A stretch of 64,000 bases of DNA from Octopus sinensis (Eukaryota), in contig NC_043006.1 in assembly GCF_006345805.1 (NCBI RefSeq), positions 102,300,001-102,364,000 on the forward strand. The letters are read 5' to 3'. The notes below the pieces were generated by a model, which ran no database searches, was not told the DNA's origin, and was given only the letters and a program-made list of their open reading frames with translations. The translations under genes were made by a program, and so were the position numbers. Of the stretch, positions 51,851 to 64,000 are shown in pieces. The stretch's first letter is position 1; the number at the start of each line of letters is the position of its first letter.

Positions 51851-53324
51851 GATTTCCAAATAGACTTAATGTGTCACCCAGTTTAACATCTCCATCTGGT
51901 ACCTCGGGTACCTTATGCAAAGTGCACTGTGTTACAAGCATTTAAGATATCCAGTTTGAGGATACATTCCTCTCTATCTCTCTCACTCTCTCTCTCTTTC
52001 TCTCTCTCTCTCTGTCCCAAGTGTTTGAAATTCTATAAAGGGTCATATTCACTGCCTTACCTCCTGACTAAAAGGTAAATAAAAATCCCCTCTCCCCACC
52101 CTCACTCCTATTTAATAGACCCTTAGTCTTTGCTTCTGAATATATTTTTACAATTGCAACACTTTGTGCCGCTCAGTTTTGTTCTAGTCAACTTTCCAGT
52201 AGAACTTCCACATTTTCTTCACAGCTATTAAGTTAAAATGGAGTAGTCTTATGTATTGGTTTTGTAAATGAAGTTGTCATTAGTATTAGTCTAAAGTATT
52301 AAAGTGTGAAGTGAGAGAAAGAGGGAGAGAGTAAAAGTGAATTTACCTAAGTGAATATTTGTACTTTTCCTAAGCCATACCTCAGTGGTTAGAATTCAAA
52401 TCATGTAAAAATATATTCTGCACCATTTTCTTTGCAGATATCCAAATTCGCAAAACTTATTTTAGCATGGGGAAATGTTAGACAATTAACAGACACTGTG
52501 CCAAATGATGTGTAAAGACACATATAACTGTATGATGTATATAAAAATTGACTATACATATATTGTGTATAAGGTTACATGTATGAAACAGTAATAAAAT
52601 ATGCCATAGAGATATTATTAATTCTCAAAGTAAAGTCAGATTTTTTTTTAAAAGTCATCAGAAGCTTGTACATTGTAGCATTCAAATTTTGTAACTGCAA
52701 CCAAGAGACCTGGGGAATCTTGGCACAGAAATGGACAAATTCAATCAGCTATTTAATGAGAAATCGGTTTGTTGAAAGAGTGAACTTTTGACCTAAAATA
52801 TGTGTGTGCATATGTATGTGTACACGTGCATGCATTTGCATGTAGTGTTTCTGGTGTTGGGTTCATGATTGTTAGGTTGTGGGACTGATTCTCAGATTAA
52901 GCTGTCCTTGAGCAAGGTACTTCGTTTCATCTTGAGTATAAACAACAGCTGGTGATGGAGTTAACTGTGTGAAGCATTGGCATCCAGTTCAAAGGTGGGG
53001 AGCAGTCTTATATTTTCAGTCATTTAAACGCTACGACAGAAACTTGGATAAGCATTAGCAACAGCTGGTGGTGGAGTTAACCCTGTGAAACACCGGCATC
53101 CAGTTCAAGGATGAAGAAAGGTCTCATATTTTGAACCACAGAAACCTAGAGATGAACCACAAACTAGTGGATAAATATCCATTAGCTCTGATGGTTTCAT
53201 TTGGGGATCCAGCCAGATAACTTGGAGATGGTTGCTGCTGACAGGGTTCAATGGAAGGCATGTTTGAGGACTCTACCCCAACAACCCTTTCAAGAATACA
53301 TGGGTGAAGATGAAATAATCTCTT

Positions 53325-53361
<37 letters not shown>

Positions 53362-53413
53362 CAAATTAGTTAAGAAAATCTCTATAAGAGATGAAAGCAA
53401 TTACTATACTAGG

Positions 53414-53553
53414 AAGTAATGTTTATTGCTACTTGAACGTGGCTGTTCTATAGGAATCGGTATTACTGCTATTTTAACCTCAGGATGACCCCTACTCCAG
53501 CTGGTTATTCAATGCTGGTTATTCGATGCAATCGGCACCTGATATATATTGCA
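53414..53553. mobile_element. Half copy (one arm plus apex) of the 37982 fold-back family
   Basis: Shares aagtaatgtttattgc, ctccagctggttat and the apex gcacc..atatatattgca. Confidence 0.6.
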
Positions 53554-53682
53554 AGCAAGGGGGTGATCCCCTGCCATCTTCCAGCCATGAGACTACCAGA
53601 CCATATGGTTCCAACCTCTTTGTGGTCATCCTCAATGATGGACACTCATCTTCTAGAGATAACAGTGGTTCACTCCGTATAT

Positions 53683-53885
53683 ATCATCATCATCATTATC
53701 ATCATCCTTTGACATCTGTTTTCCATGCTGGCATGGGTTGGATAGTTTGACCAGAGCTGGCAAGCAGAAGAGGTGTACCAGATTTGGTGATTTGGCTTGG
53801 CTTCTCTGACTGGATGCCCTTTCTAATACCAACCACTTTACAGAGTGTACTGGGTGCTTTTTACATGGCACCAGCACAGGGCTCT
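53683..53885 (-). mobile_element. RTE 3' end stub
   Basis: (cat)n...ttccatgctggcatgggttgg...ctggatgccctttctaataccaacc. Confidence 0.75.
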
Positions 53886-54021
53886 TGCAGCCCAATCCTC
53901 TTCAGCAGTGGGAGCAGCATTGGCACTTCTGCTGTGGAGAATGGATCTTCTTGAGTATAGCAAGGCACCAGATATATCAGTCTTTTGTCATTTCCTTTGT
54001 AAGATTCAGTATCCTGATATA

Positions 54022-54071
<50 letters not shown>

Positions 54072-54072
54072 G

Positions 54073-54122
<50 letters not shown>

Positions 54123-54134
54123 ATGTATATAAGT

Positions 54135-54293
54135 AAATGTAGAATAAGCAAATTAGACAGATCAATATATAAAGTATATTAAATACATGAAATACTAAAA
54201 ATGTATATATGTATGCATATAGACATGTTTTGTATTTCATGTACTCAATATATTTTATATATTGATCTGTCTAATTTGTTTATCCATACATTT
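54135..54293. repeat. AT-rich imperfect hairpin after (TA)n
   Basis: caaattagacagatcaatatataaa / tttatatattgatctgtctaatttg and tacatgaaatac / gtatttcatgta arm segments. Confidence 0.7.
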
Positions 54294-57200
54294 TCTTCTA
54301 TACCTGCAGAAGTTTAAATCTCTTGAGCACTACTAAGTGTATTCTATACGAAGAATATCTGGATCCCATCTATGTATTATATATATATATGATGATAAGA
54401 TGATCTTCGATACACTTTCCATCTATCAAATTCTCTCACAAAGCATTAATTGGACCAGAACTCTAGTAGAAGGCACTTGCCCAAGGTGCCATGCAGTGGG
54501 ATTGTACTTGAACCCACATGGTTGTGTTGAGAGTTTCATAACCATGTGGCTCATGGCCAAACTAAAATACTTAAAAGTATTACCCGGTAATTATATTAGA
54601 TGATGTCTTTTATAACATTCATCCTACGACATTTAAAATCTGTCAATATGATTTATGAACAACCACATTGCTCAATATTTCAATTTCATCTGTAATATTT
54701 TTTTAATAAAAAAATCACTCAAGCAAGATCAATGTCAGTGTGTCTACAAGTTTTATGAGAAAGGGTAGAGAGATCTTTATACCACAAACACCCTGTATAA
54801 AAACAGGATATTTTTGCTTAGTTAAGGTCAGCCATGACCAAGGAGACCTAATGCTTAGCTATGACCATCATCTTTATTTCAGGCATTGTGTATATAGAAT
54901 TTCCTTATTCAGTGTGTTCTAATATTTTTTATCAAAACAGTAAGGTATGATTTGAAAAAAATTTGAGACATTTTTAGCAGCTCAAGTGGCAGAATAGAAG
55001 CTTCCCTATTGGCTCATTTTAACAGCATCTTTTGGACGGAGATTCATATATTATGGTCTGATCAGTAATTAAATAAACTTTGACAATACAATTACTGAAA
55101 TAAAATGTATTGAAACGATAGTAGAAAATAATCACATTTTCGCAACAGAGGATGTCATTCTAATTTTAACCAAGGTGCCTTGAATGTGGAGAATGCCATG
55201 CTGCCATGGCAATATTATGGCAACTTTATGGACTCCCTGGCTGTTAAATGATTTTATTTGAACATAATACTTCAAATCCAGAGAATGTCATGCTGTAAAC
55301 ATGGTTTCTATGTACAACATTGAGCTGCTTAGATCAAACACACACATGAGTCAAAATTGCACATGTGTGTGTGTGTGTATAGATACATACATACATTCGT
55401 ACAAACGCATGTACATATGCATCTATATATGGAAAGAGAGAAAGAGAGGTTTATAAAGATATTATAAGCTATAAATTTATACCATTTTCTAATGTGTGAT
55501 CAATTATATCACCAGCTGAATGCAAAGTTTGTTAAAGGCAACGGTCATTTTGTTTATTTTGATATGTTAGGAAATAAATTTCCATTGATACATAAATCTT
55601 ATGAATTGAACATTATTTGTGGATAGTTAAAAATTAAGAATAATATACAAATATTTAGTACAACCAAAGTATGAAGAGCTCCAAATAAATTTATTGCAGT
55701 CTGTACTTTTGTTCTTCTGAACTCCCCTATTTAAATCCCATCACGGTAGATTATTTAGTCTTTTATCCCTCTAGAGCAATTAAAATAAATCCCTATAATA
55801 TTATAGTGTTAATTATTTCATGTGCTTTAATTCTCTGTAAATGCTGACACAAATCGCAAGCATCATTATTAAACAGTTTTAGGTTTACATATGGCTGTGT
55901 GGTTAAGAAGTTCACATTGAAACAGCATGGTTTAAGGTTCATTTCCACTGCATGGCACTGTTGGTTGATGTCTTCTATTTGGGAGTGAATCAGTAAGATA
56001 GAAACTGTAAGAAACCCCTTGCATGTGTATTTGCATCTCCCTTTATCTTGATGTCTGCACGCTGATTGAAAGTGGTGCCACCATTCATACAGTGTTATTT
56101 GTTTACAACTTTTGGAGAAAGGATAACTGGCTCTTGAACCAGTTACATTAGAAGGGCCTGGGGAAATATTACCTTGTTTGGAGACAAGTGAGTGTTGGCA
56201 ACAAGAAGAGAATCCAGACATAGAATATTTGCCTCAACAAATTTTGTCCAACTCATACAAGCATGGAAAAGTGAATGTTAAAACTATAATGATAGTATGT
56301 GCTCAACACACCAAGTTACCACTGGAGAAGGTATAACAGCATATGGCATCCCAGATGAAGGGCCTACTACCATGGAACAATAAAACTGTCATACAGTCAG
56401 GCCTTTTACCATCCCCTTGGTCTGCCCTTGCTGGCTCGAGCTAGGAAGGAAAGCCTACGGCATCTAAGCCATGCTTTGTAATTATATTAAGGGCAGCATG
56501 GCATCAAGGCAGCATGACAGCATGACAGTGGGTGAAGACCAAAATAATTCAAAGTGGGAGAAGGCAGCCAGCACTCATCTTCAAATAAATTTAGCTACAT
56601 AAGATTTTTTTTTCAATTATTGTTATGACTTAGTGGGAGGAGAAAAGGTAGCTTTCTCATGATCTTTACTTTGGCTTCCAAGATTGCAGGTATGAAAATG
56701 GGAAGAAGAAACCATACTTCATGATTTGCTGCAATACGAAGCAGTTAAACAGGACAGTTAGTTATGCTCAGATCAAATACTTAGTCATGTTCAAATCAAA
56801 AACCTAATCCAAATAAATTCTACTAAATATACCCAATGGCCAGATGATAGTGTTAAGCGGAATGATGTCACAAATACTAATTCTGACAGTGGAAGTCAGC
56901 AGCACTTCGATTTTATTAGGTAGAAATAGTCAAGCAGAAATATAAAAATGTATTTGAAATACATTTTAAATTTTTAGTCAAATGTTTTGCAAGGTTACAT
57001 AGAATGGCTCTTTAAAGTGTTATTCACATTTTGGAGCAAGAATATTATTTTACAACTGGGTCTTTCCTTAATAGTATTCCTTAACATCCATTTTCCCATC
57101 TTAAGTGTGATCATGGTTGTTTTAGAATATATGAGCATTTGCCTTTATTAAAGCCCTGTTGTTTAGTTCCCAGATTGGTCTAGATGAAACACACCTATGA

Positions 57201-60200
57201 TTATATCTATGAAAATGGTGTAATTTTATAGCATATGTCTTTATAATTATCTATATCTATATATGAAACTTTGAATCCTGAGTTTTATTCGATGTAAGCA
57301 GCTTAATGTAGAACATAGAATCCCTGTTTACAGCATGACATTTTCTGGATTTGAAGTGTTATGTTCAAATAAAAACTATCTTTTATTTACAGACATAACA
57401 TGTCTAGCTATATATTATACAATATCTTTTTCTTTTATAAGAGAGTAAATTGTAATCTGCAAGAGATTTAACTCCTATTTCTGCCAGGCTAGTTTTATTG
57501 GCTTGATTAAAGCAATTCTTTCCATAGCTGTATGTCTTTTTAACTTGTGCAAACTACCACAGCTTGAATTCTGTAAGTGCATGCACCTCATTCAGAAATA
57601 ACAAAATGATTGTTATAAGGTTTGAACTAAGAACCTTGTCTTAAAATCTCTGCAGGGGTACTCCAGGAATGGTTTCTGCTGATAACCTCTGATCCGTAGA
57701 GTAGAAGTTGCAGCAGCTGTGTTCAATCAGACAGACAAAAGCAGTGTTATAAGATTTACCTGAGAACACCAGAATGTGTTTCATGAGGATTAAATTTCTC
57801 TCTTTGTATGTGACTTCTGACCAGATACAAGTTGAATAAAAAAAAAATGCTCCTTTACCTAACAGATACAATATGTGTCTGTATCTGTCTCGATATTGTG
57901 GTAGCATAATACTTAGTCATTGACTTGTAGACGGTATTCTTAGAGCATCAGACAAAATACCTTATGGTATTTGTTCTGGCTCTTCACTTTGAGTTCAAAT
58001 CTTACTAAAGTCAGTTTCACCCTTCATCTCTCTGGGATTGATAAGATAAAGTATCAACCTTATGTTTAGATTAGAGAACAGTTTTTATCTTGTTTTCAGT
58101 ATCCAACTGGAAAAGTTACAATTCTCAAAATTTTTCATTTCATTTCTTTCATAAAATGCAAAATTATGTACCTTATTGAGAAATCATGAGGCAAAGAATA
58201 TTGTGTTTGTGTCTCCTGATTTCAAAGTCATGAAATGGTTGTAAACTAGCTCCACAATCATACAAGCAGTGTCTCCTCATTTCCAGTCTTCCATAAAAAA
58301 TTTATCTGCCCATTGAGAAATATTACTCTACTTAGAAACAAGTGGAGGATTGGTGACAGGAAGAGCACCCAGCTGTAGAAAATCTGCCTCAACAAATACC
58401 ATCTGACCCATATAAGCATGGAAAAGTAGCCTTTAAAACAATCATTATTATTATTATATTATTATTATTATTATTATTATTATCAAGGCAAGTTGGCAGG
58501 ATTGTTAGCATACTGGGCAAAATGCTTAGTGGCATTTTATCCATCTTCACATTCAGAGTTCAAATACCACTGGAGTCGACCTAATGTTTCATCCTTTTGG
58601 TGTCAATAAAATAAGCACCTGTTGAACACTAATTGATTAACCCCTTCACTGAAACTGCTGGCCTTGTGCCAAAATTTGAAACATTATTATTTATTATTCT
58701 GCTGAGGTCGACTTTGCCTTTCATCCTTTTGGGGTCATAACATAAGTACCAGTTGAATGCTGGGGGTCTATGTAATCAACTTACTCCCTCCCCCAAAATT
58801 GCGACCCTTGTGTCAAAATTAGTAACCATTATTATCATCATCATCATCATTATTATTATTATTATTACTGTTGCTGTAGTAATTTATCATTAGTTTCTTC
58901 AAATTTTGTTGCTTCAATTTGATATACAGCTTTGCTTGGCTCAATATTTATCAAAGAAACCTCCAAATATGTACATAAAAGAATTACTAATAAAGTATAC
59001 GCAAACAGAAAACACATGACATGGCTAAACTTTGTTCTGGGGTCGATTCTAATGAGAATTACAATTACTACCTCCAATCACTTTCTTTACCTTAAATTTC
59101 AACCTACAAACCTTCCACATTAAGTATTTATTTACTTGCTGAAAATGTATAATTTTATTTTATGTATCAAGCTGTGTGTTTTATAATTATCTGGGAAGAC
59201 TGTCAAGTTAACCTCGGATCCACAGCTGTACCTGACTTGTTCAATAGTGCCTTGCTTCAGTTCTCAAGTAAAACGTCTTCATTTCAACTGTTCTTTTCTT
59301 TGGTAAAAAAAAGAAAAGAAATAAACCGTCGCCACGTTTCTCGTTGTGCTTCCTTCCACACCATGAATAGCTTCCTTCGTATCAAGTATCATAACTAAAA
59401 TAAGCATTGTGTTTAATAGAGGAAATTGTTACCCTGCTGATCTGATTAGTTTTAGTTTGATGGAAATGACAGCAAGACTGCCGGGACAGCGATGCAAATA
59501 AGCTGCGTCAAGGGAGGTAACTCAGTACAAAAGCCAAAGAATGTATGCAAGGGGAAATACTTGAGTAAAACTCGTTCAACCTGAATCGTGTTCTTAGAGT
59601 CTAGAAAGAGATGATGGTGATGGTTTTCGGTTTTTGTTGGTTTTTTTTTTCTTATGAGACGTAGGCAGAGGGTGAGGTGAGAGGTTAGTTTCCGACATGA
59701 TGACAGTAACAGTTGTAATTATTTTACAGCAGTCTAACAACAGTAAAGAAGTTAGGCTGTCTTTTCCCGATATAATTAGGTAATTAACTGTTAGAAAGGC
59801 ATTCATCAGTGAATAATATGCTTCAGCAATTCTTAAAGTGATAATCTAAGTTAAAAATATTATCTCTCTATGCTTGTATGGAAATAAATATGTATGATTA
59901 TAATGTGTGTGCGTGTGTGTGTGTGTGTAGGCATAGAAGCATTTATGAAAAGGATAAGAGAAAGAAAGCAGGAGTATTCGATGTGACCCCTTGTGTTGAA
60001 CGAAATGTTGTATTCCAATATAATGTTTCTAGTTTGTTTGTCAGTTGGCTAATTAATGAGTACCAAACACTGTTAGTTAATTATTAACTACCTTATTATT
60101 TATTTTTAATTAGCTGTTATTAGTTTCAGTGTCATTTGTCACATTTATTATTGAAAAGAGACGGTGACAGAGAGGGAGCGATACCTGCACGTGACACACA

Positions 60201-60371
60201 GGTGTACTTATTTGAAACCAATTAACAGGTTACAGCGGAGTACTGAAAGTCTCTGTCACTAATAACTTACTAATAATAAAGGAACAAATAATTAATTGTG
60301 TTAGATAGGAAATTGATGAAGATGACTCTTCATAAAATTCTCTGCGCACGCGTGTGTGTGTGTGTACTCTT

Positions 60372-60565
60372 TCATCATCATCATCATCATTTTCCATGCT
60401 GGCATGGGTTGGACGGTTTGGCTGGAGCTGAAGGGCTGCACCATGTTCTAGTCTGATTCGGCTTGGTCTCTACAGCTGGATGCCCTCCTTAATGCCAACC
60501 ACTTTACAGTGTGAGCTGGATGCTTTTAACGTGCTACCAACATGATTTAATGTGCCACTGGCACG
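60372..60565 (-). mobile_element. RTE 3' end stub
   Basis: (cat)n ttttccatgctggcatgggttggacgg...ctacagctggatgccc. Confidence 0.8.
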
Positions 60566-61066
60566 TTATTAATTTATATTACTAAGAATTGTAGAATGTT
60601 TGTTATTTATTCTTGAGATTAGCCAAATTTTCTTTTTTATCAGACCTGATCAACTATAATGTTTGTAACTCTCTCACACACACACTACCCTTCTTGGCTC
60701 TCATAATTGGGTATAACGGCTGCAGAACTCTTTTTTTATTTATTTGTATCATTAAGAAACTTCATTGTCAATGCTTTACTTTCCTATTGCTATACATTTT
60801 GTTCTTTCTATTACTGATACTACTATTATTATTATTATTATTATCTTTACATCATTGCCAGCATTATTACTATTATCAATGTCATTATTATTATTATTAT
60901 TATTATTACCCTTATTGTAATCTCTGGGTTGCTTGGTGGTTATAATGGTCTTATTAATTCTATGCTTGCCTCCTTAGTTCACGTACCTACTTTTGCCCTT
61001 CATTTCCTTATTTCTATTTACCCTTTCATTACTAATTTGCCCAAAGCCACCCAAAAAGAGTTTGGT

Positions 61067-61450
61067 CATCATCATCATCATCATCATCATTTAACATGCT
61101 GGCATGGGTTGGATGGTTTGACCAGGGTTGATAAGCTGGAAGGCTGCACTAGACGCCAGTCTGATTTGGTATGGTTTTCTACAGCTGGATGTCTTTCCTA
61201 ACATTAACCACTCCAAGAGTGTAATGGGTGCTTTTACATGCACTGGCACTGGTACATGACACTGGTATCTGCTACAACTGCAATTTTGCTCGGTTTGATG
61301 GGTCTTCTTCTCAAGCACGACATAATGCCAAAGGTCTCGGTCATTGCCTTCATGAGGCCCAACTCTCGAAAGGAACTCAGCCACTTTGCCTGCGGGAAGC
61401 CCAATGCTCATAAGGAACTCAGCCATTTGTCTTCGTGAGGCCCGACGCTT
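61067..61450 (-). mobile_element. RTE 3' fragment
   Basis: (cat)n tail, 3' UTR and NDRDLWHYVVLEKK C-terminal peptide. Confidence 0.8.
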
Positions 61451-62037
61451 GATATCAATATTATCAAAATCAGCTAAAATGACCTGTTCATATTTTAATG
61501 AGAATTTTAGTGCAAATTTTGTTAATACTCTTTTGAAAACACGTAGTTTCATGATGTAAGCAACTGAGTTACATTGTTCACCTTTATTGTGCGTGATATC
61601 TAAGCAATGCACATTTTTTTGAGATTTCTTTCCAATTTTTCCTCCTCAATTTTCTGAAATGTTTCACTATGGATGAAAAAGAAATACCAACTTCATGCTG
61701 ACAAGCTGTGAGTTTGAATTCGATGGATTTTCAAAAGAAGACAGAAAAACCTAAGAAAATAAACAGCAAACATGAAAACCGCATGTGATTATGAATTGGA
61801 CATTTCTTTTTCTGAAAGTGAAACAATTGAAAGAGTTCCAATAATGATTTTAAAAAAGGAATTTGTATAATGCGTATAATAAGAATTTGAAAACTGTTTC
61901 TCTTAATTATTTTTACGAAGCTATTAGACCTAACGACATCTTTCCAAGGAAATAAAACCATTAAATGATTAAAAAATTTTTTTCCTTTGAAGCAATTATT
62001 GTGGAAACAAATCACTATGCAGAATGTAAATAAAAAG

Positions 62038-62081
<44 letters not shown>

Positions 62082-64000
62082 TGAGGTTTCCCACATATCT
62101 GGAAAAAAGTTACAAATCTCAACATGTTTAGGAATATTGTGTGTGTAAATTTGATTTATAAATATTTTGTTTTGAATTTACCTGTAAAATACATGACAAA
62201 ATTTGATTAATTTGAATTGTTAAGCAACATTTAAAGGTTTCTGTATAGTTATATATACATGTCAGTTTATTTCATTTAGTTGATCATTTTCTAGTTTTCT
62301 TCACAGACAAATTCCAGTATTTTGTTCTGTTTTACCTTTATGACACACCTGTCATCTGTGTATTAAGTTCCACTGATAAATAATTCCTTTCTATTAAAAT
62401 TTTGTTGTATACTCAATGAATATTACCTAATTACTCATTTTCTATGCTGATGTTTAAGCAAAATTTAAATAATTTTATATTTTATTGAATTTACCTGTAA
62501 TTAGATTCACTTTGAAACAAAAAAAAATGAAAAAGATTTGGTTTGGAACCCATTGTTAAATTGTGTTCCAAAAATCATACTTAATATGTTGATAAATATT
62601 AAAAAAATTACAATTGTTTCGTGAAACCAGTCCGCATTCACCATTATTTTCCAGTTTAATAAACACATGAGAGATATATTTTAGTTTGAAATTTAGTAAC
62701 AAAGATGGTTGATTAGACTTTTAAACCTTGTCACCTGCTTTATCTACACCTATTCAATTACCAGTAAAGCTTTTCATACTATTCCTCCTATCAAAGTATG
62801 TATTAGTGTTTTTTTTTTATTGTTATGGTGATCACTGTCATTATTTATCTATTCCATTACTTCTGCAGCATTAGGAATACAATAAATTTTCTCCTCATAA
62901 CCAGCTTTTGCTGAAGTTAAATCGTAGCATTTCTCATTTTATTTAAATATCTTTTCATTAGCTGAAAGTTTAGAGATTCTAAGGGAGATGCTCCTAATTA
63001 TAGAATTTATAATCATTTCTGGATAGCTGAATTTTTAGCTCACATATTTGAGGTTCTCATTTGGTTTGTGGTATGGATGTTACATCCCATACTAAAGTCC
63101 AAAGTAACATCCAAAAAATTTCTTTTATTATACTCATTCTCCAGGAAGATAGATAGTCCTAAGCCTTAAAAATTTAAAGCTTTTTTCCCATGCCTTTATG
63201 AGTTAATCTTACGCTACCTATAAACAGTAAAGCATCATCCCTATATAATTCCCCCACCTTACCCAGGAAAATTATTGTTTAAACATTGATATATACCTTC
63301 TAAATCAGTTACTTCTGCAGTGTCATTGGACCCCATAATGGTATCAAACTTGTTAAGTCTGTTCTTTCTTGTCCAATAGTTACCCTGAAATTCAATTATA
63401 GTCTTTCCTAGCTAGTAAAATAGGGTTAATGGAACTATAATAACTAGATATTTCGATTTGGATAAACTTAACAAGTTTTTACATTTATGTATTTGTTTTG
63501 CAACATTCTTGATGTGAAATCATAGTTGGATCCTAGTTATAATTTTATTATTTACCTGAGTTTAGGTATACATATATCTATAATTAACTTGCTGTCCTAG
63601 GTATATATGGTTGTCTTGTCTTCTTGTAATCTTTTTGCTAGATCATTTTCTACCACATTAATCTTAAAAGTAATTTATAGTTCCTTCTTAATATGTGATT
63701 AATAGGAGTTTAAAACCTAATTATAAAAGTTAGCAGTCATGTTGATGTGTTCAAGAATTCTTGATTTCTTTAAAGCTGATAGAAATAGCGATAGTCTTAA
63801 TAACAGAAAGTACCGAAAGCATAGCAATAGGAATAAGGATAAGAATGACTCAACCTTAGAGATTAAATATGGTTCCCCTCACATTTTTACAAATAACTAT
63901 ACACATGGGGATATGGCAAGAAACAGTAATTATAATAATCATAGAAAGTGAAGAGCTCACATGAGACAGGTTTCATGGTATAATGCCCTATACAGGGCCC

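Noticed and set aside
52438-52515. Candidate next exon after tttgcAG (ISKFAK...)
   Set aside because: The phase-2 frame hits TAG after 8 codons; no LGSG.D motif and no good donor; the ISK match is coincidental.
57656-57710. Candidate acceptor tctgcAG with a GC-richer stretch
   Set aside because: All three frames stop within about 15 codons; no M28 similarity.
61690-61960. Possible DNA-transposase remnant (acidic SE-rich peptide)
   Set aside because: Frequent stops; no DDE motif or TIRs recognised.

Overview
AT-rich, repeat-dense eukaryotic DNA. The microsatellite load and SINE/LINE families suggest a coleoid cephalopod, probably Octopus (inference). One protein-coding gene crosses the window on the + strand: six internal exons (13991-49402, canonical GT-AG, phase-compatible) of an M28B-family protein (GCPII/NAALADase/transferrin-receptor fold). 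Its catalytic WDAEEFG motif reads WDATKYG, so it is probably a pseudoenzyme; its 5' and 3' exons were not found. The rest is mobile DNA: a decayed near-full-length RTE LINE plus many 3' stubs, a 5'-truncated Penelope-like element (RT + GIY-YIG), an R4/Dong-like stub in (TAA)n, three SINE families and MITEs. The most interesting signal is a set of hammerhead-ribozyme (HHR) motifs in four sequence-unrelated elements, three of them (TA)n-associated: (1) a near-textbook type I HHR at 19395-19455 (-) in a 493-bp terminally redundant, non-coding retrozyme-like element; (2) a minimal dimer-type HHR variant at the Penelope 3' end (47813-47850); (3) and (4) two fold-back elements (7196-7360, 43470-43918) with HHR-like motifs next to their hairpin apex. 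All folds and translations were done by eye; no searches were run. Most ORFs in the supplied track are microsatellite or antisense artefacts. SINE and LINE-stub boundaries are approximate.
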